Positions 15,603 through 23,228 of a stretch of 32,000 nt of DNA are shown here, piece after piece. Numbering within the stretch: position 1 is the first letter of the stretch; the number at the start of each line of letters is the position of its first letter. Position numbers and translations under genes: made by a program. This stretch comes from Geotalea daltonii FRC-32 (GTDB lineage: Bacteria > Desulfobacterota > Desulfuromonadia > Geobacterales > Geobacteraceae), in assembly GCF_000022265.1 (NCBI RefSeq), contig NC_011979.1, positions 270,001-302,000 of the forward strand, written 5' to 3'. Under the pieces are notes generated by a model. The model was not told the origin of the DNA and did not search any database. It worked only from the letters and a program-made list of their open reading frames with translations.

Positions 15603-16055
15603 ATGGACAGGGACAGGATTGACCAGATTATCGACACCCATGGCTGCAAAGCCAGTTCGCTCATTCAGATATTGATTGCCATCCAGAGTGAAAACCACTG
15701 GCTCCCCAAGGAAGTTCTGGAACGGGTCAGCGAGCGACTGAACGTACCCATGAATCAGATCCAGCATATCACCACCTTTTACAAGTCGTTCAGCCTGGTC
15801 CCCAAGGGGCGTCACGAGGTCCATGTCTGCATGGGAACCGCTTGCCATGTCCGTGGTGCCCAGGGTGTTCTCGATACCGTTGAAGATGTGACCGGTATCA
15901 AGCCGGGAGAGACCGACGTCGATCTCAAGTTCAGCCTGGAAACCGTCAACTGCATCGGCTGCTGTGCCCTCGGACCGGTAATGGTGGTGGATGGCGATTA
16001 CCACGGTAACCTGGCCGCAACCCAGGTGGAAGACGTGTTGAAAACCTACGAGTAA
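15603..16055 (+). CDS. bamG: BamG-type NuoE/HoxE-like [2Fe-2S] subunit
   Basis: CMGTACHVRGA...CIGCCALGP thioredoxin-like 2Fe-2S motif. Start at MDRDRIDQ is preceded by AAGAGGG; an in-frame ATG at 15582 is an alternative. Confidence 0.85.
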   Translation: MDRDRIDQIIDTHGCKASSLIQILIAIQSENHWLPKEVLERVSERLNVPMNQIQHITTFYKSFSLVPKGRHEVHVCMGTACHVRGAQGVLDTVEDVTGIKPGETDVDLKFSLETVNCIGCCALGPVMVVDGDYHGNLAATQVEDVLKTYE

Positions 16056-16064
16056 GGGAAGGCC

Positions 16065-17978
16065 ATGGCAAAGATAAATTCGACTGTCGAGTTCGAAGCA
16101 TTGAGGAAGGAAATCCTGTCGTCCAGGGATCCGAACCGCCCCTGCATTGCCGTATGCACCGGCTCCGGTTGCCTTGCCCTCGGCGCCGCCAAACTGGTGG
16201 CCGCCTTGAAAAGCGAAATCAAGGAGCAGGGGCTGGAACAGAGGATCGAAGTAAGGGAAACCGGTTGTCCCGGCTTCTGCGAGCGGGGTCCCCTGATCGT
16301 CATCTACCCGGAGGAGACCTGCTATCTCAAGGTGCAGCCGACTGACGCCAAAGAGGTCATCGCCAGCGTCATGGAGAAGAAGATCATCGACCGGCTGCTC
16401 TATGTGGATCAGGTGACCGGTGAGCGGGTCGTCCATGAGATGGATATCCCCTTTTACAAGAATCAGTTGCGGCTTTTGATCGGCAACAACATCAAGCTCG
16501 ACCCGACCAGCATCGACGACTACATCGCCATCGGCGGTTACACTGCCTTGGAAAAAGCTGTCTGCCAGATGAAGCCGGAGCAGGTGGTGGGGCTGGTGAA
16601 GGAATCGGGGCTTCGGGGGCGCGGTGGTGGCGGCTTTCCCTCGGGGAACAAGTGGGAATTCACCCGCAATGCACCTGATCCGGTGAAATACGTGGTTGTC
16701 AACGCCGACGAGGGTGACCCCGGGGCATTCATGGACCGGGCGCTGTTGGAGGGGAGCCCCCATGCGGTCCTGGAAGGGCTCATTATCGGCGCCTATGCCA
16801 TCGGCGCCCATGAAGGTTTTCTCTACGTGCGTCAGGAATACCCCCTGGCCGTGCACAATATCACCCTCGCCATCCAGAAGGCTGAGGAATATGGCTTCCT
16901 GGGGAAAAATATCCTGGGATCGGGCTTCGATTTCACGGTGGAGGTGGCCCAAGGGGCAGGCGCCTTTGTCTGCGGCGAAGAAACAGCCTTGATCCGCTCC
17001 CTGGAGGGGAAGACGGGGGAGCCGAAACCGAGACCCCCTTTTCCTGCCGTGAGGGGGCTGTGGAACAAACCGACCAACATCAACAACGTGGAGACCTGGG
17101 CCAATATTCCTCTTATTATCAACAAGGGCCCGGCCGCCTTCGCTTCCGTAGGCACCGGGGGGAGCAAAGGCACCAAAATATTCTCCCTGGTGGGCAAGGT
17201 CAAGAACACCGGGCTGGTTGAAGTGCCCATGGGGATAACCCTGCGGGACATCGTCTACAAGATCGGCGGCGGCATTCCCGGAGAGAAGAAGTTCAAGGCG
17301 GTGCAGACCGGTGGCCCGGCGGGGGGGTGCATGCCCGAATCGCTCCTGGACATGGAGGTCGATTTCGACCAGCTCACCAAGGCCGGCTCCATGATGGGGT
17401 CCGGCGGCATGATCGTCCTCGATGAAGAGACCTGCATGGTGGATTTCGCCAGGTTTTTCCTCTCCTTTCTGGCAGAAGAGTCATGCGGCAAATGTGTCCC
17501 CTGCCGCGAAGGCATTCAACAGATGCTTGCCATCCTGAATGACCTGACCCATGGGAAAGGGAAAAAGGGTGACCTGGAGCTTCTGGAGCAGCTTACCGAG
17601 GTTTCCAGCGCCTCGTTGTGTGCCCTGGGCAAGGGTGCACCGAACCCGGTGCTGAGCACCCTGAAACATTTCCGGGATGAATATCAGGCCCACATGGAGG
17701 GGAAATGCCCTGCCTTCACCTGCAAGAGCCTCTTCTCCTACTATATTGAGCCGGAGAAGTGCCAGGCATGCACGAGCTGCGGCAAAAAATGCCCGGCAGG
17801 GGCGATTGAAGGGGGAAAGAACCAGATCCACATGGTCGACCAGGCAAAATGCACCAAGTGCGGGGCCTGCCTGCAGGCCTGCCCCCCCCGCTTCGCAGCG
17901 GTGACGCGGATACTGGGCGAGGTAGTCCCACCCCCATTGCCGGAAGAGGCGAGAACAATAGTCAGGGGGAGCAAATAG
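16065..17978 (+). CDS. bamH: BamH-type NuoF/HoxF-like FMN/NAD(P)H subunit with N-terminal 2Fe-2S domain and C-terminal 2x[4Fe-4S] domain
   Basis: GRGGGGFPSGNKW (NuoF nucleotide/FMN motif), ESCGKCVPCREG (N3-type cluster), C-terminal CQACTSCGKKCP and CTKCGACLQACP. AAGGGAAGG SD. Confidence 0.9.
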   Translation: MAKINSTVEFEALRKEILSSRDPNRPCIAVCTGSGCLALGAAKLVAALKSEIKEQGLEQRIEVRETGCPGFCERGPLIVIYPEETCYLKVQPTDAKEVIASVMEKKIIDRLLYVDQVTGERVVHEMDIPFYKNQLRLLIGNNIKLDPTSIDDYIAIGGYTALEKAVCQMKPEQVVGLVKESGLRGRGGGGFPSGNKWEFTRNAPDPVKYVVVNADEGDPGAFMDRALLEGSPHAVLEGLIIGAYAIGAHEGFLYVRQEYPLAVHNITLAIQKAEEYGFLGKNILGSGFDFTVEVAQGAGAFVCGEETALIRSLEGKTGEPKPRPPFPAVRGLWNKPTNINNVETWANIPLIINKGPAAFASVGTGGSKGTKIFSLVGKVKNTGLVEVPMGITLRDIVYKIGGGIPGEKKFKAVQTGGPAGGCMPESLLDMEVDFDQLTKAGSMMGSGGMIVLDEETCMVDFARFFLSFLAEESCGKCVPCREGIQQMLAILNDLTHGKGKKGDLELLEQLTEVSSASLCALGKGAPNPVLSTLKHFRDEYQAHMEGKCPAFTCKSLFSYYIEPEKCQACTSCGKKCPAGAIEGGKNQIHMVDQAKCTKCGACLQACPPRFAAVTRILGEVVPPPLPEEARTIVRGSK

Positions 17979-17980
17979 CC

Positions 17981-18595
17981 ATGAGCGAACTGGTCTTACA
18001 AATAGATGGCAGAGAGGTTACGGTAAAGGAAGGTGCGACCATTCTCGAAGCAGCCGAGAGCGTGGGAATAGCCATTCCCACCCTTTGTCACCACCACAAG
18101 CTGGAACCCTATGGGGGGTGCCGGGTCTGCTCAGTGGAGGTGGAAGCCAACGGCAGGACGATGGTCGTTGCCGCCTGCACCTATCCGGCCGAAAAAAATG
18201 TCGTCGTGCGCACCCGGAGCGAAAAGCTTTCCAGGATTCGCCAGGCGCTGGTGGAGATGATGCTGGCCCATGCACCCGATTCGGAAAAACTGGTGGCGTT
18301 GGCTGAGGAGTATGGCGCAGACCGGGATCGGTTCAAAAGAAACCAGTCCTTCTGCATTCATTGCGGCCTTTGTGTACGCTACTGCACCGAGGTGAAGAAG
18401 AAAAATGCCCTGGGGTTCATCGACCGGGGCGCCAAAAAGAGGATCTGCTTCATTCCGAAAATAGCGGCCGCCGAATGCTGGAAGTGCAGGGAATGTTTTC
18501 CCCTCTGCCCCACCTCTGCGCTCCAGGCTGCCTTCGTTCTCACTGAAGGGATGACCGCGGCTGTACCGACTGAAGCGGCCGAATCCGGACGGTAA
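17981..18595 (+). CDS. bamI: BamI-type NuoG N-terminal-like FeS subunit
   Basis: Start at MSELVLQIDGREVTVKEGATILEAA, 2 nt after the bamH stop, with a GGGGGA SD. The 44-codon upstream extension of ORF 17849 overlaps bamH. 2Fe-2S ferredoxin fold (CHHHKLEPYGGCRVC) and CIHCGLCVRYC. Confidence 0.85.
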   Translation: MSELVLQIDGREVTVKEGATILEAAESVGIAIPTLCHHHKLEPYGGCRVCSVEVEANGRTMVVAACTYPAEKNVVVRTRSEKLSRIRQALVEMMLAHAPDSEKLVALAEEYGADRDRFKRNQSFCIHCGLCVRYCTEVKKKNALGFIDRGAKKRICFIPKIAAAECWKCRECFPLCPTSALQAAFVLTEGMTAAVPTEAAESGR

Positions 18596-18630
18596 GCAAT
18601 TCCAAGTTTTGTAGCGCTGATCACAAAAAA

Positions 18631-18672
18631 ACAGGCCTTGAAGGTGAGATTTCATCACCTATCAAGGCCTGT
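18631..18672. terminator. Bidirectional intrinsic terminator between convergent bamI and iclR
   Basis: ACAGGCCTTGA-AGGTGA-gattt-TCACCT-a-TCAAGGCCTGT long hairpin. A7 precedes it (18624-18630), which gives a U-tract for the minus-strand transcript. Confidence 0.7.
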
Positions 18673-18710
18673 TGCATTTACGGTAGTACAGGCGAGGACT
18701 GGCCGGAAGT

Positions 18711-19508
18711 TCAGTTACGGGCAAAGGAGAGGGCGGTCCGCACGTTGCCAACGAGATTAATGAGCCGCGGACCGATGTCGCTTTCGATCAGCTGCCGCGA
18801 CAGCTGAAAGGAGGCGCCGCTGCAGCTGAATCCCATGATGGTGCCGTCCTCGAGAACCAGGGGGACGGCAACGGCGTGCACTTCGGTGCGCCAGTTGCCG
18901 AGGCTGGTGCAGTAGCCGAACTGCCGGTACTCTGCCATTGCCTGGTCGAACCCTGCCTTTACCGTTGGCCAGTTCTGCTCGTCGCTGACCTTGATCTCTT
19001 CCAGCAGCTCGTTCCGCTCATCCTCGGGCATGACGCAGAGGTAGGCCCTCCCCATGGAGGTGGTGGCGATGGGAATCTGCGAACCCACATCCAGCTGCAC
19101 CGTGAGAGTCGAAGTATTGCGATAGGTATCGATGTAGATCAAGTTCAGATGGTCGCGGATGCCCAGGTTGACCGACGCTTGGGTGTGCTCGGCCAGGGCC
19201 TGCATCAGGGGGCGGGAAATGCGGCGAATATCCATCTGCCCCAGTTTTGCGTAGCCGAGGGCAATGACCGCGTTCCCCAGTGAGTATTTGTTGGCGGATT
19301 TGCAGTAATTGAGATAGCCCAGCTCCGAGAGGGTGTAGGTCAGCCGGGAAACGGTCGATTTGGGGAGCTTCGTTCTCTTGGCAATGTCCTGGTTTCCCAG
19401 ATAACGGTCGCTGGGATTAAAGCAGCTGAGCACTTCAAGCCCCCGTGCCAGCGCCTCCACAAACTTGCGCGCTTCCGCCGGGTCTCTGGTTTTCCGGTCC
19501 ATGGTCAT
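18711..19508 (-). CDS. IclR-family transcriptional regulator (PcaR/PobR-like)
   Basis: Start taken at MTMDRKTRDP, preceded by AAGGGAGA; an in-frame ATG at 19571 is an alternative. wHTH (LGNQDIAKRTKLPKSTVSRLTYTL) plus an IclR effector domain. Confidence 0.85.
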   Translation of the reverse strand: MTMDRKTRDPAEARKFVEALARGLEVLSCFNPSDRYLGNQDIAKRTKLPKSTVSRLTYTLSELGYLNYCKSANKYSLGNAVIALGYAKLGQMDIRRISRPLMQALAEHTQASVNLGIRDHLNLIYIDTYRNTSTLTVQLDVGSQIPIATTSMGRAYLCVMPEDERNELLEEIKVSDEQNWPTVKAGFDQAMAEYRQFGYCTSLGNWRTEVHAVAVPLVLEDGTIMGFSCSGASFQLSRQLIESDIGPRLINLVGNVRTALSFARN

Positions 19509-19618
19509 GCCGATTGTCTCCCTTGCTTGCAGATTTTGTGGTGCCGAAGCATCTGGTTCATAGAGTTGCATAATGGGGGGATGGTGTCAACAGCAATCAA
19601 TGTAAAATGGTAGAAGAA

Positions 19619-19633
19619 TTCCGCACAACGAAA
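19619..19633. promoter_or_regulatory. Operator-like site TTCCGC-ACA-ACGAAA
   Basis: Member of the TTYCRY-N3-RYGRAA family, about 110 nt upstream of the minus-strand iclR start. Confidence 0.3.
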
Positions 19634-19792
19634 TTGCTGTTAGTGGTGAAACTGTCTCAGCGGATGGCCCCAATGGCCGAGTGACTGCCCAATTTCAGGG
19701 AATATTCAAGGCATCTGGTAAGGAAAAAGCCGACAAAAAAATTTTACTTGCAATTTATATTTTTTGGAATATCATAAATTTCAGAACAATTG

Positions 19793-19822
19793 TTCCGCAT
19801 AGTGGAATTCGAATTTGCGGAA
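19793..19822. promoter_or_regulatory. Operator-like composite palindrome TTCCGCATAGTGGAATTCGAATTTGCGGAA
   Basis: TTCCGC-ATA-GTGGAA (19793-19807) overlaps a larger inverted repeat TTCCGCA...TGCGGAA centred on GAATTC. It lies in the 600-bp AT-rich divergent spacer. Confidence 0.35.
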
Positions 19823-19969
19823 AAACCCCGCACTTTTGGAAAATGCAGGGGCATGGGCAGAAAAACATTTAATAAAACATAAGTTTGTACAAGGCAAGTA
19901 GCTGAAGGCAGCAGTTCATTTTCATTTACGTTAGATACTACGCCATATTAGCTCGATTTCTTAATAGCG

Positions 19970-20005
19970 CTTGACAAAAAATAAGCATTGCGGTACTTCT
20001 TTACC
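19970..20005 (+). promoter_or_regulatory. Conserved 36-nt promoter-like module, copy 1 (upstream of acyl-CoA dehydrogenase)
   Basis: CTTGACAAAAAATAAGCATTGCGGTACTTCTTTACC has 28/36 ungapped identity with 29695-29730. TTGAC lies 141 nt before the ATG here, versus 139 nt for copy 2. Confidence 0.45.
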
Positions 20006-20111
20006 AAAAGAACAAACTGAGACTGTGTTTTAAAATAGCCACAAGGCCAGGCAAGATGGGCAGGTGGTGCAGGTTCTAAACCGGTAACTAACCATAGGCA
20101 AGGAGATTACC

Positions 20112-21269
20112 ATGAGATTCGGACTTACTGACGAGCAGAAGATGATGCAGGACATGGCGCGGGATTTTGCCCAGAAGGAAATCTTGCCCACACTCAAGGA
20201 AGACGAGGCGAACCACACCTTTCGCCCGGAGCTGGTGAAGAAGATGGCCGATCTCGGCTTCTTCGGCTGTGCGCTCCCCGAGGAATACGGCGGTAACGGC
20301 TGCGGGTTCCTGGAGTCGGTCATCATCGCCGAACAGCTTGCCACGATTAGCGGGTCATCTCGCCTGCCTCTCAACATGCAGAACATCGGTCCATCCATCA
20401 CCGTTAACCAGTTCGGCACCAAGGAGCAGAAAGAGCGCTTCATTCCTAAATGGGTCAGTGGTGAATATTTCGGCTTTTTCGCCATCACCGAGCCCAATTC
20501 CGGCTCCGACGTCATCAGCATGGGAACCACTGCCATCGATCGTGGCGATCATTGGGAACTGAACGGCCAGAAGATGTGGATTTCCAACGCCCATCTGGGT
20601 GACTACGGCCTGGTCTATGCCATGACCGACAAGAGCGCCAAGTACAAGGGAATGACCTGCTTCATCGTCAACCTGAAAGGGAATGAGGGGATCATCACCG
20701 CCCCCATCGAAACCAAGCTGGGGCTCCACTGCGCCCCCACCGGCGAGATATCCTTCAGCCAGGCGAAGATTCCCAAGGACTCGGTCCTGGGTGAAGTGGG
20801 CCAAGGTTTTCAGATCTGCATGTACCAGTTGAACAACACCCGCATCAGCTGCGCCGCCGGAGCGCTGGGCATCGGTGGCGGCGCCATCGAGGCTGCCATC
20901 GGTTACGCCAATGAGCGGACCCAGTTCGGTAAGAAGATCGGCTCCTATCAGATGATTCAGGCCTCCATCGCCGAAATGGTGGCGGAGCACGAGGCGGCCA
21001 AGCTCCTCGTCTACCAGGCGGCCTGGCTCAAAGACCAGGGACTGCCCAACCAGTACCAGACCTCCATGGCTAAGCTTTTTGCCTCCGAGGCGGCGGTGCA
21101 TGCGGCAACCGAGACCATGAAAATCTTCGGCAGCTACGGCTTCTCCACCGAGTACCCGGCAGAGCGCTGGCTGCGTGATTCCATGTCGCTCCGGACGGTG
21201 GAAGGGACGAGCAACATCCAGAAGACGATTATCGCCGGCATGGCCCTCGGGGATACGGTCAATCGCTAG
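20112..21269 (+). CDS. Acyl-CoA dehydrogenase (FAD). Substrate unclear: candidate non-decarboxylating glutaryl-CoA or alicyclic acyl-CoA dehydrogenase
   Basis: 385 aa, ACAD signatures FAITEPNSGSD and catalytic-base region VEGTSNIQKTIIAG, AAGGAGA SD. The substrate assignment rests only on the GcdA-like neighbour. Confidence 0.9.
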   Translation: MRFGLTDEQKMMQDMARDFAQKEILPTLKEDEANHTFRPELVKKMADLGFFGCALPEEYGGNGCGFLESVIIAEQLATISGSSRLPLNMQNIGPSITVNQFGTKEQKERFIPKWVSGEYFGFFAITEPNSGSDVISMGTTAIDRGDHWELNGQKMWISNAHLGDYGLVYAMTDKSAKYKGMTCFIVNLKGNEGIITAPIETKLGLHCAPTGEISFSQAKIPKDSVLGEVGQGFQICMYQLNNTRISCAAGALGIGGGAIEAAIGYANERTQFGKKIGSYQMIQASIAEMVAEHEAAKLLVYQAAWLKDQGLPNQYQTSMAKLFASEAAVHAATETMKIFGSYGFSTEYPAERWLRDSMSLRTVEGTSNIQKTIIAGMALGDTVNR

Positions 21270-21280
21270 TAAGACAGGCA

Positions 21281-21313
21281 GAAGGCTGAAGGTGATTCAT
21301 ATCCTCAGCCTTC
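21281..21313 (+). other. Intercistronic hairpin (possible attenuator or mRNA stabiliser)
   Basis: GAAGGCTGAAGG-tgattcatat-CCTCAGCCTTC, followed by an AT-rich stretch without a clean T-run. Confidence 0.3.
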
Positions 21314-21356
21314 AGAACAGATATTTATTACCTGATTCATTGAAAGGGGTTTTGTT

Positions 21357-23114
21357 ATGTCACGCAAGCAAACGCCGCTTCGTCCCTACTTCGAGAAAAT
21401 GCCGGAGATTGGCAAGGCGCTCACTGAGGCAGAAATAAAGCGCGCTCAGGAAAACATCGATCTGGTTCGGGAGCAGGAGAAAATTCTCGCCCAGGAGGCG
21501 GAGCGGGTGAAAAACGCGGGAATCCCCGCCAAGAAGGTCCACGAGCGTGGTGGGATGACCATCTACGACCGCCTGGAATACCTGGTGGATCCCGGCACCT
21601 GGTCTCCATTGCACTCCCTTTACAATCCCCGTGACAACGAAGAGGGATGTACCGGGGTGGTAAACGGCATCGGCAAGATCGAGGGGAAGTGGGCGGTCAT
21701 TATCGGTTTTGACAACAAGGTTATGGCCGGCGCCTGGATTGCCGGGCAGTCGGAGAATATCCTCATGGTCACTGACATGGCCAAGCGGCTCAACGTGCCG
21801 CTGGTCTGGCTGACCAACTGCAGCGGCGTCAAGCTCATGGAGCAGGAGACGGTCTACGCTGGCCGTCGTTCCAGCGGGGCACCGTTCTACCGCCATGCGG
21901 ACCTGAACCATCTGGGAATTCCCATCCTGAACGCCATCTACGGCACCAATCCGGCCGGAGGCGGCTACCAGGGGATCAGCCCCACCATCCTGCTGGCCCA
22001 TGAGGGAGCCAACATCGCTGTCGGCGGCGCCGGCATCGTCGGGGGGATGAATCCCAAGGGGTATATCGACGCCGAAGCGGCACGGGCGTTGATCGACGGA
22101 ACCAAGAGCTTCAAGGCCAAGGATCCGGGGCGGGTTGAGACCCACTTCGACCATACCGGCTATTTCCGTGAGGTTCACGACAGTGAAACGGGGGTGTTGG
22201 ACGGCATCAAGGATTATATGCGCATGATGCCCGCTTACGATCCGGCCATGTTCCGCGTTGCCCAGCCTGCTCCGCCGAAGTTTCCGGTGGAGGATCTGAA
22301 CATGATCCTCCCGGCGAACCAGAAGCGCCCTTACGACGCTATTCAGATTCTGTCCCGGCTCACCGATAACAGCGAGTTCATGGAATATCGCCCCGATTAC
22401 GGGCGTGAAGTCTTTACCGGCATTGCCAAGATCGACGGCTACCCGGTCGCCTTCATCGGCAACCGCCAAGGGGTTTTCCCCGGTTATCCGGAATATGCCA
22501 ACGGCGCCTATCCGGCCGTGGGGGGCAAGCACTACCGCCAGGGGCTCATCAAGCAGGGAGAATTCGTCACCCTCTGCGGCCGTGATAACCTGCCCATCGT
22601 CTGGCTGCAGGACACCACAGGTATCGACGTGGGCGATCTGGCCGAAGAGGCGGAGCTGCTGGCCCTTGGCCAGTCCCTGGTCTACTCCATCGAGCAGACC
22701 GAGCTTTCCATGATGTGCATCGTCCTGCGGAAGGGTACGGCGGCGGCTCACTACATCATGTGCGGCCCCCAGGCCAACAACAACAATGCCTTCACCCTTG
22801 GTACGCCTCTCACCGAGATCTACGTCATGCACGGCGAGACCGCTGCCGCTGCTTCCTACGCCCGGCGGCTGGTCAAGGAAGATGAGGCGGGCAACGACCT
22901 GACCCCGACCCTGGACAAGATGAACCAGATGATCCAGGATTACGTGGACAAGTCACGGCCGGCATATTGCGCCAAGACAGGCTTCGTTGACGAGATCGTC
23001 TCGCTGCCCGACCTGCGCAAATACATACAGGCCTTTACCGGGGCCAACTACCAGAACCCACGATCGATAACGCCGGTGCATCAAATGCTTTTGCCGCGCA
23101 TCATCAAGGGATAA
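21357..23114 (+). CDS. gcdA: Glutaconyl-CoA decarboxylase alpha-type carboxyltransferase (GcdA-like)
   Basis: 585 aa, collinear with Acidaminococcus fermentans GcdA as I recall it (587 aa): PYFEKMPEIGKAL, IYGTNPAGGGY, GGAGIVGGMNPKG, LPIVWLQDTTGIDVG, LRKGTAAAHY, YQNPRSITPVHQMLLPRIIKG. Confidence 0.88.
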   Translation: MSRKQTPLRPYFEKMPEIGKALTEAEIKRAQENIDLVREQEKILAQEAERVKNAGIPAKKVHERGGMTIYDRLEYLVDPGTWSPLHSLYNPRDNEEGCTGVVNGIGKIEGKWAVIIGFDNKVMAGAWIAGQSENILMVTDMAKRLNVPLVWLTNCSGVKLMEQETVYAGRRSSGAPFYRHADLNHLGIPILNAIYGTNPAGGGYQGISPTILLAHEGANIAVGGAGIVGGMNPKGYIDAEAARALIDGTKSFKAKDPGRVETHFDHTGYFREVHDSETGVLDGIKDYMRMMPAYDPAMFRVAQPAPPKFPVEDLNMILPANQKRPYDAIQILSRLTDNSEFMEYRPDYGREVFTGIAKIDGYPVAFIGNRQGVFPGYPEYANGAYPAVGGKHYRQGLIKQGEFVTLCGRDNLPIVWLQDTTGIDVGDLAEEAELLALGQSLVYSIEQTELSMMCIVLRKGTAAAHYIMCGPQANNNNAFTLGTPLTEIYVMHGETAAAASYARRLVKEDEAGNDLTPTLDKMNQMIQDYVDKSRPAYCAKTGFVDEIVSLPDLRKYIQAFTGANYQNPRSITPVHQMLLPRIIKG

Positions 23115-23127
23115 TTCATGCACCAGG

Positions 23128-23158
23128 AAAGCCCCGGACGACACTGCCGGGGCTTTTT
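23128..23158 (+). terminator. Rho-independent terminator/attenuator after gcdA-like gene
   Basis: AAAGCCCCGG-acgacactg-CCGGGGCTTTTT, a GC stem followed by a T5 run, 14 nt after the stop. Confidence 0.7.
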
Positions 23159-23228
23159 GCCCATCGCCTGCTGAACGGTCATTTTTGAGTTGTTATTACT
23201 TTTAAACATATTGTGAAAGGAGCTGCAC

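Noticed and set aside
19681-19872. ORF 19681..19872 + (63 aa) in the iclR/acd spacer
   Set aside because: AT-rich, no SD, Ile/Lys/Phe-rich translation typical of non-coding AT-rich promoter DNA. The region carries operator-like palindromes instead.
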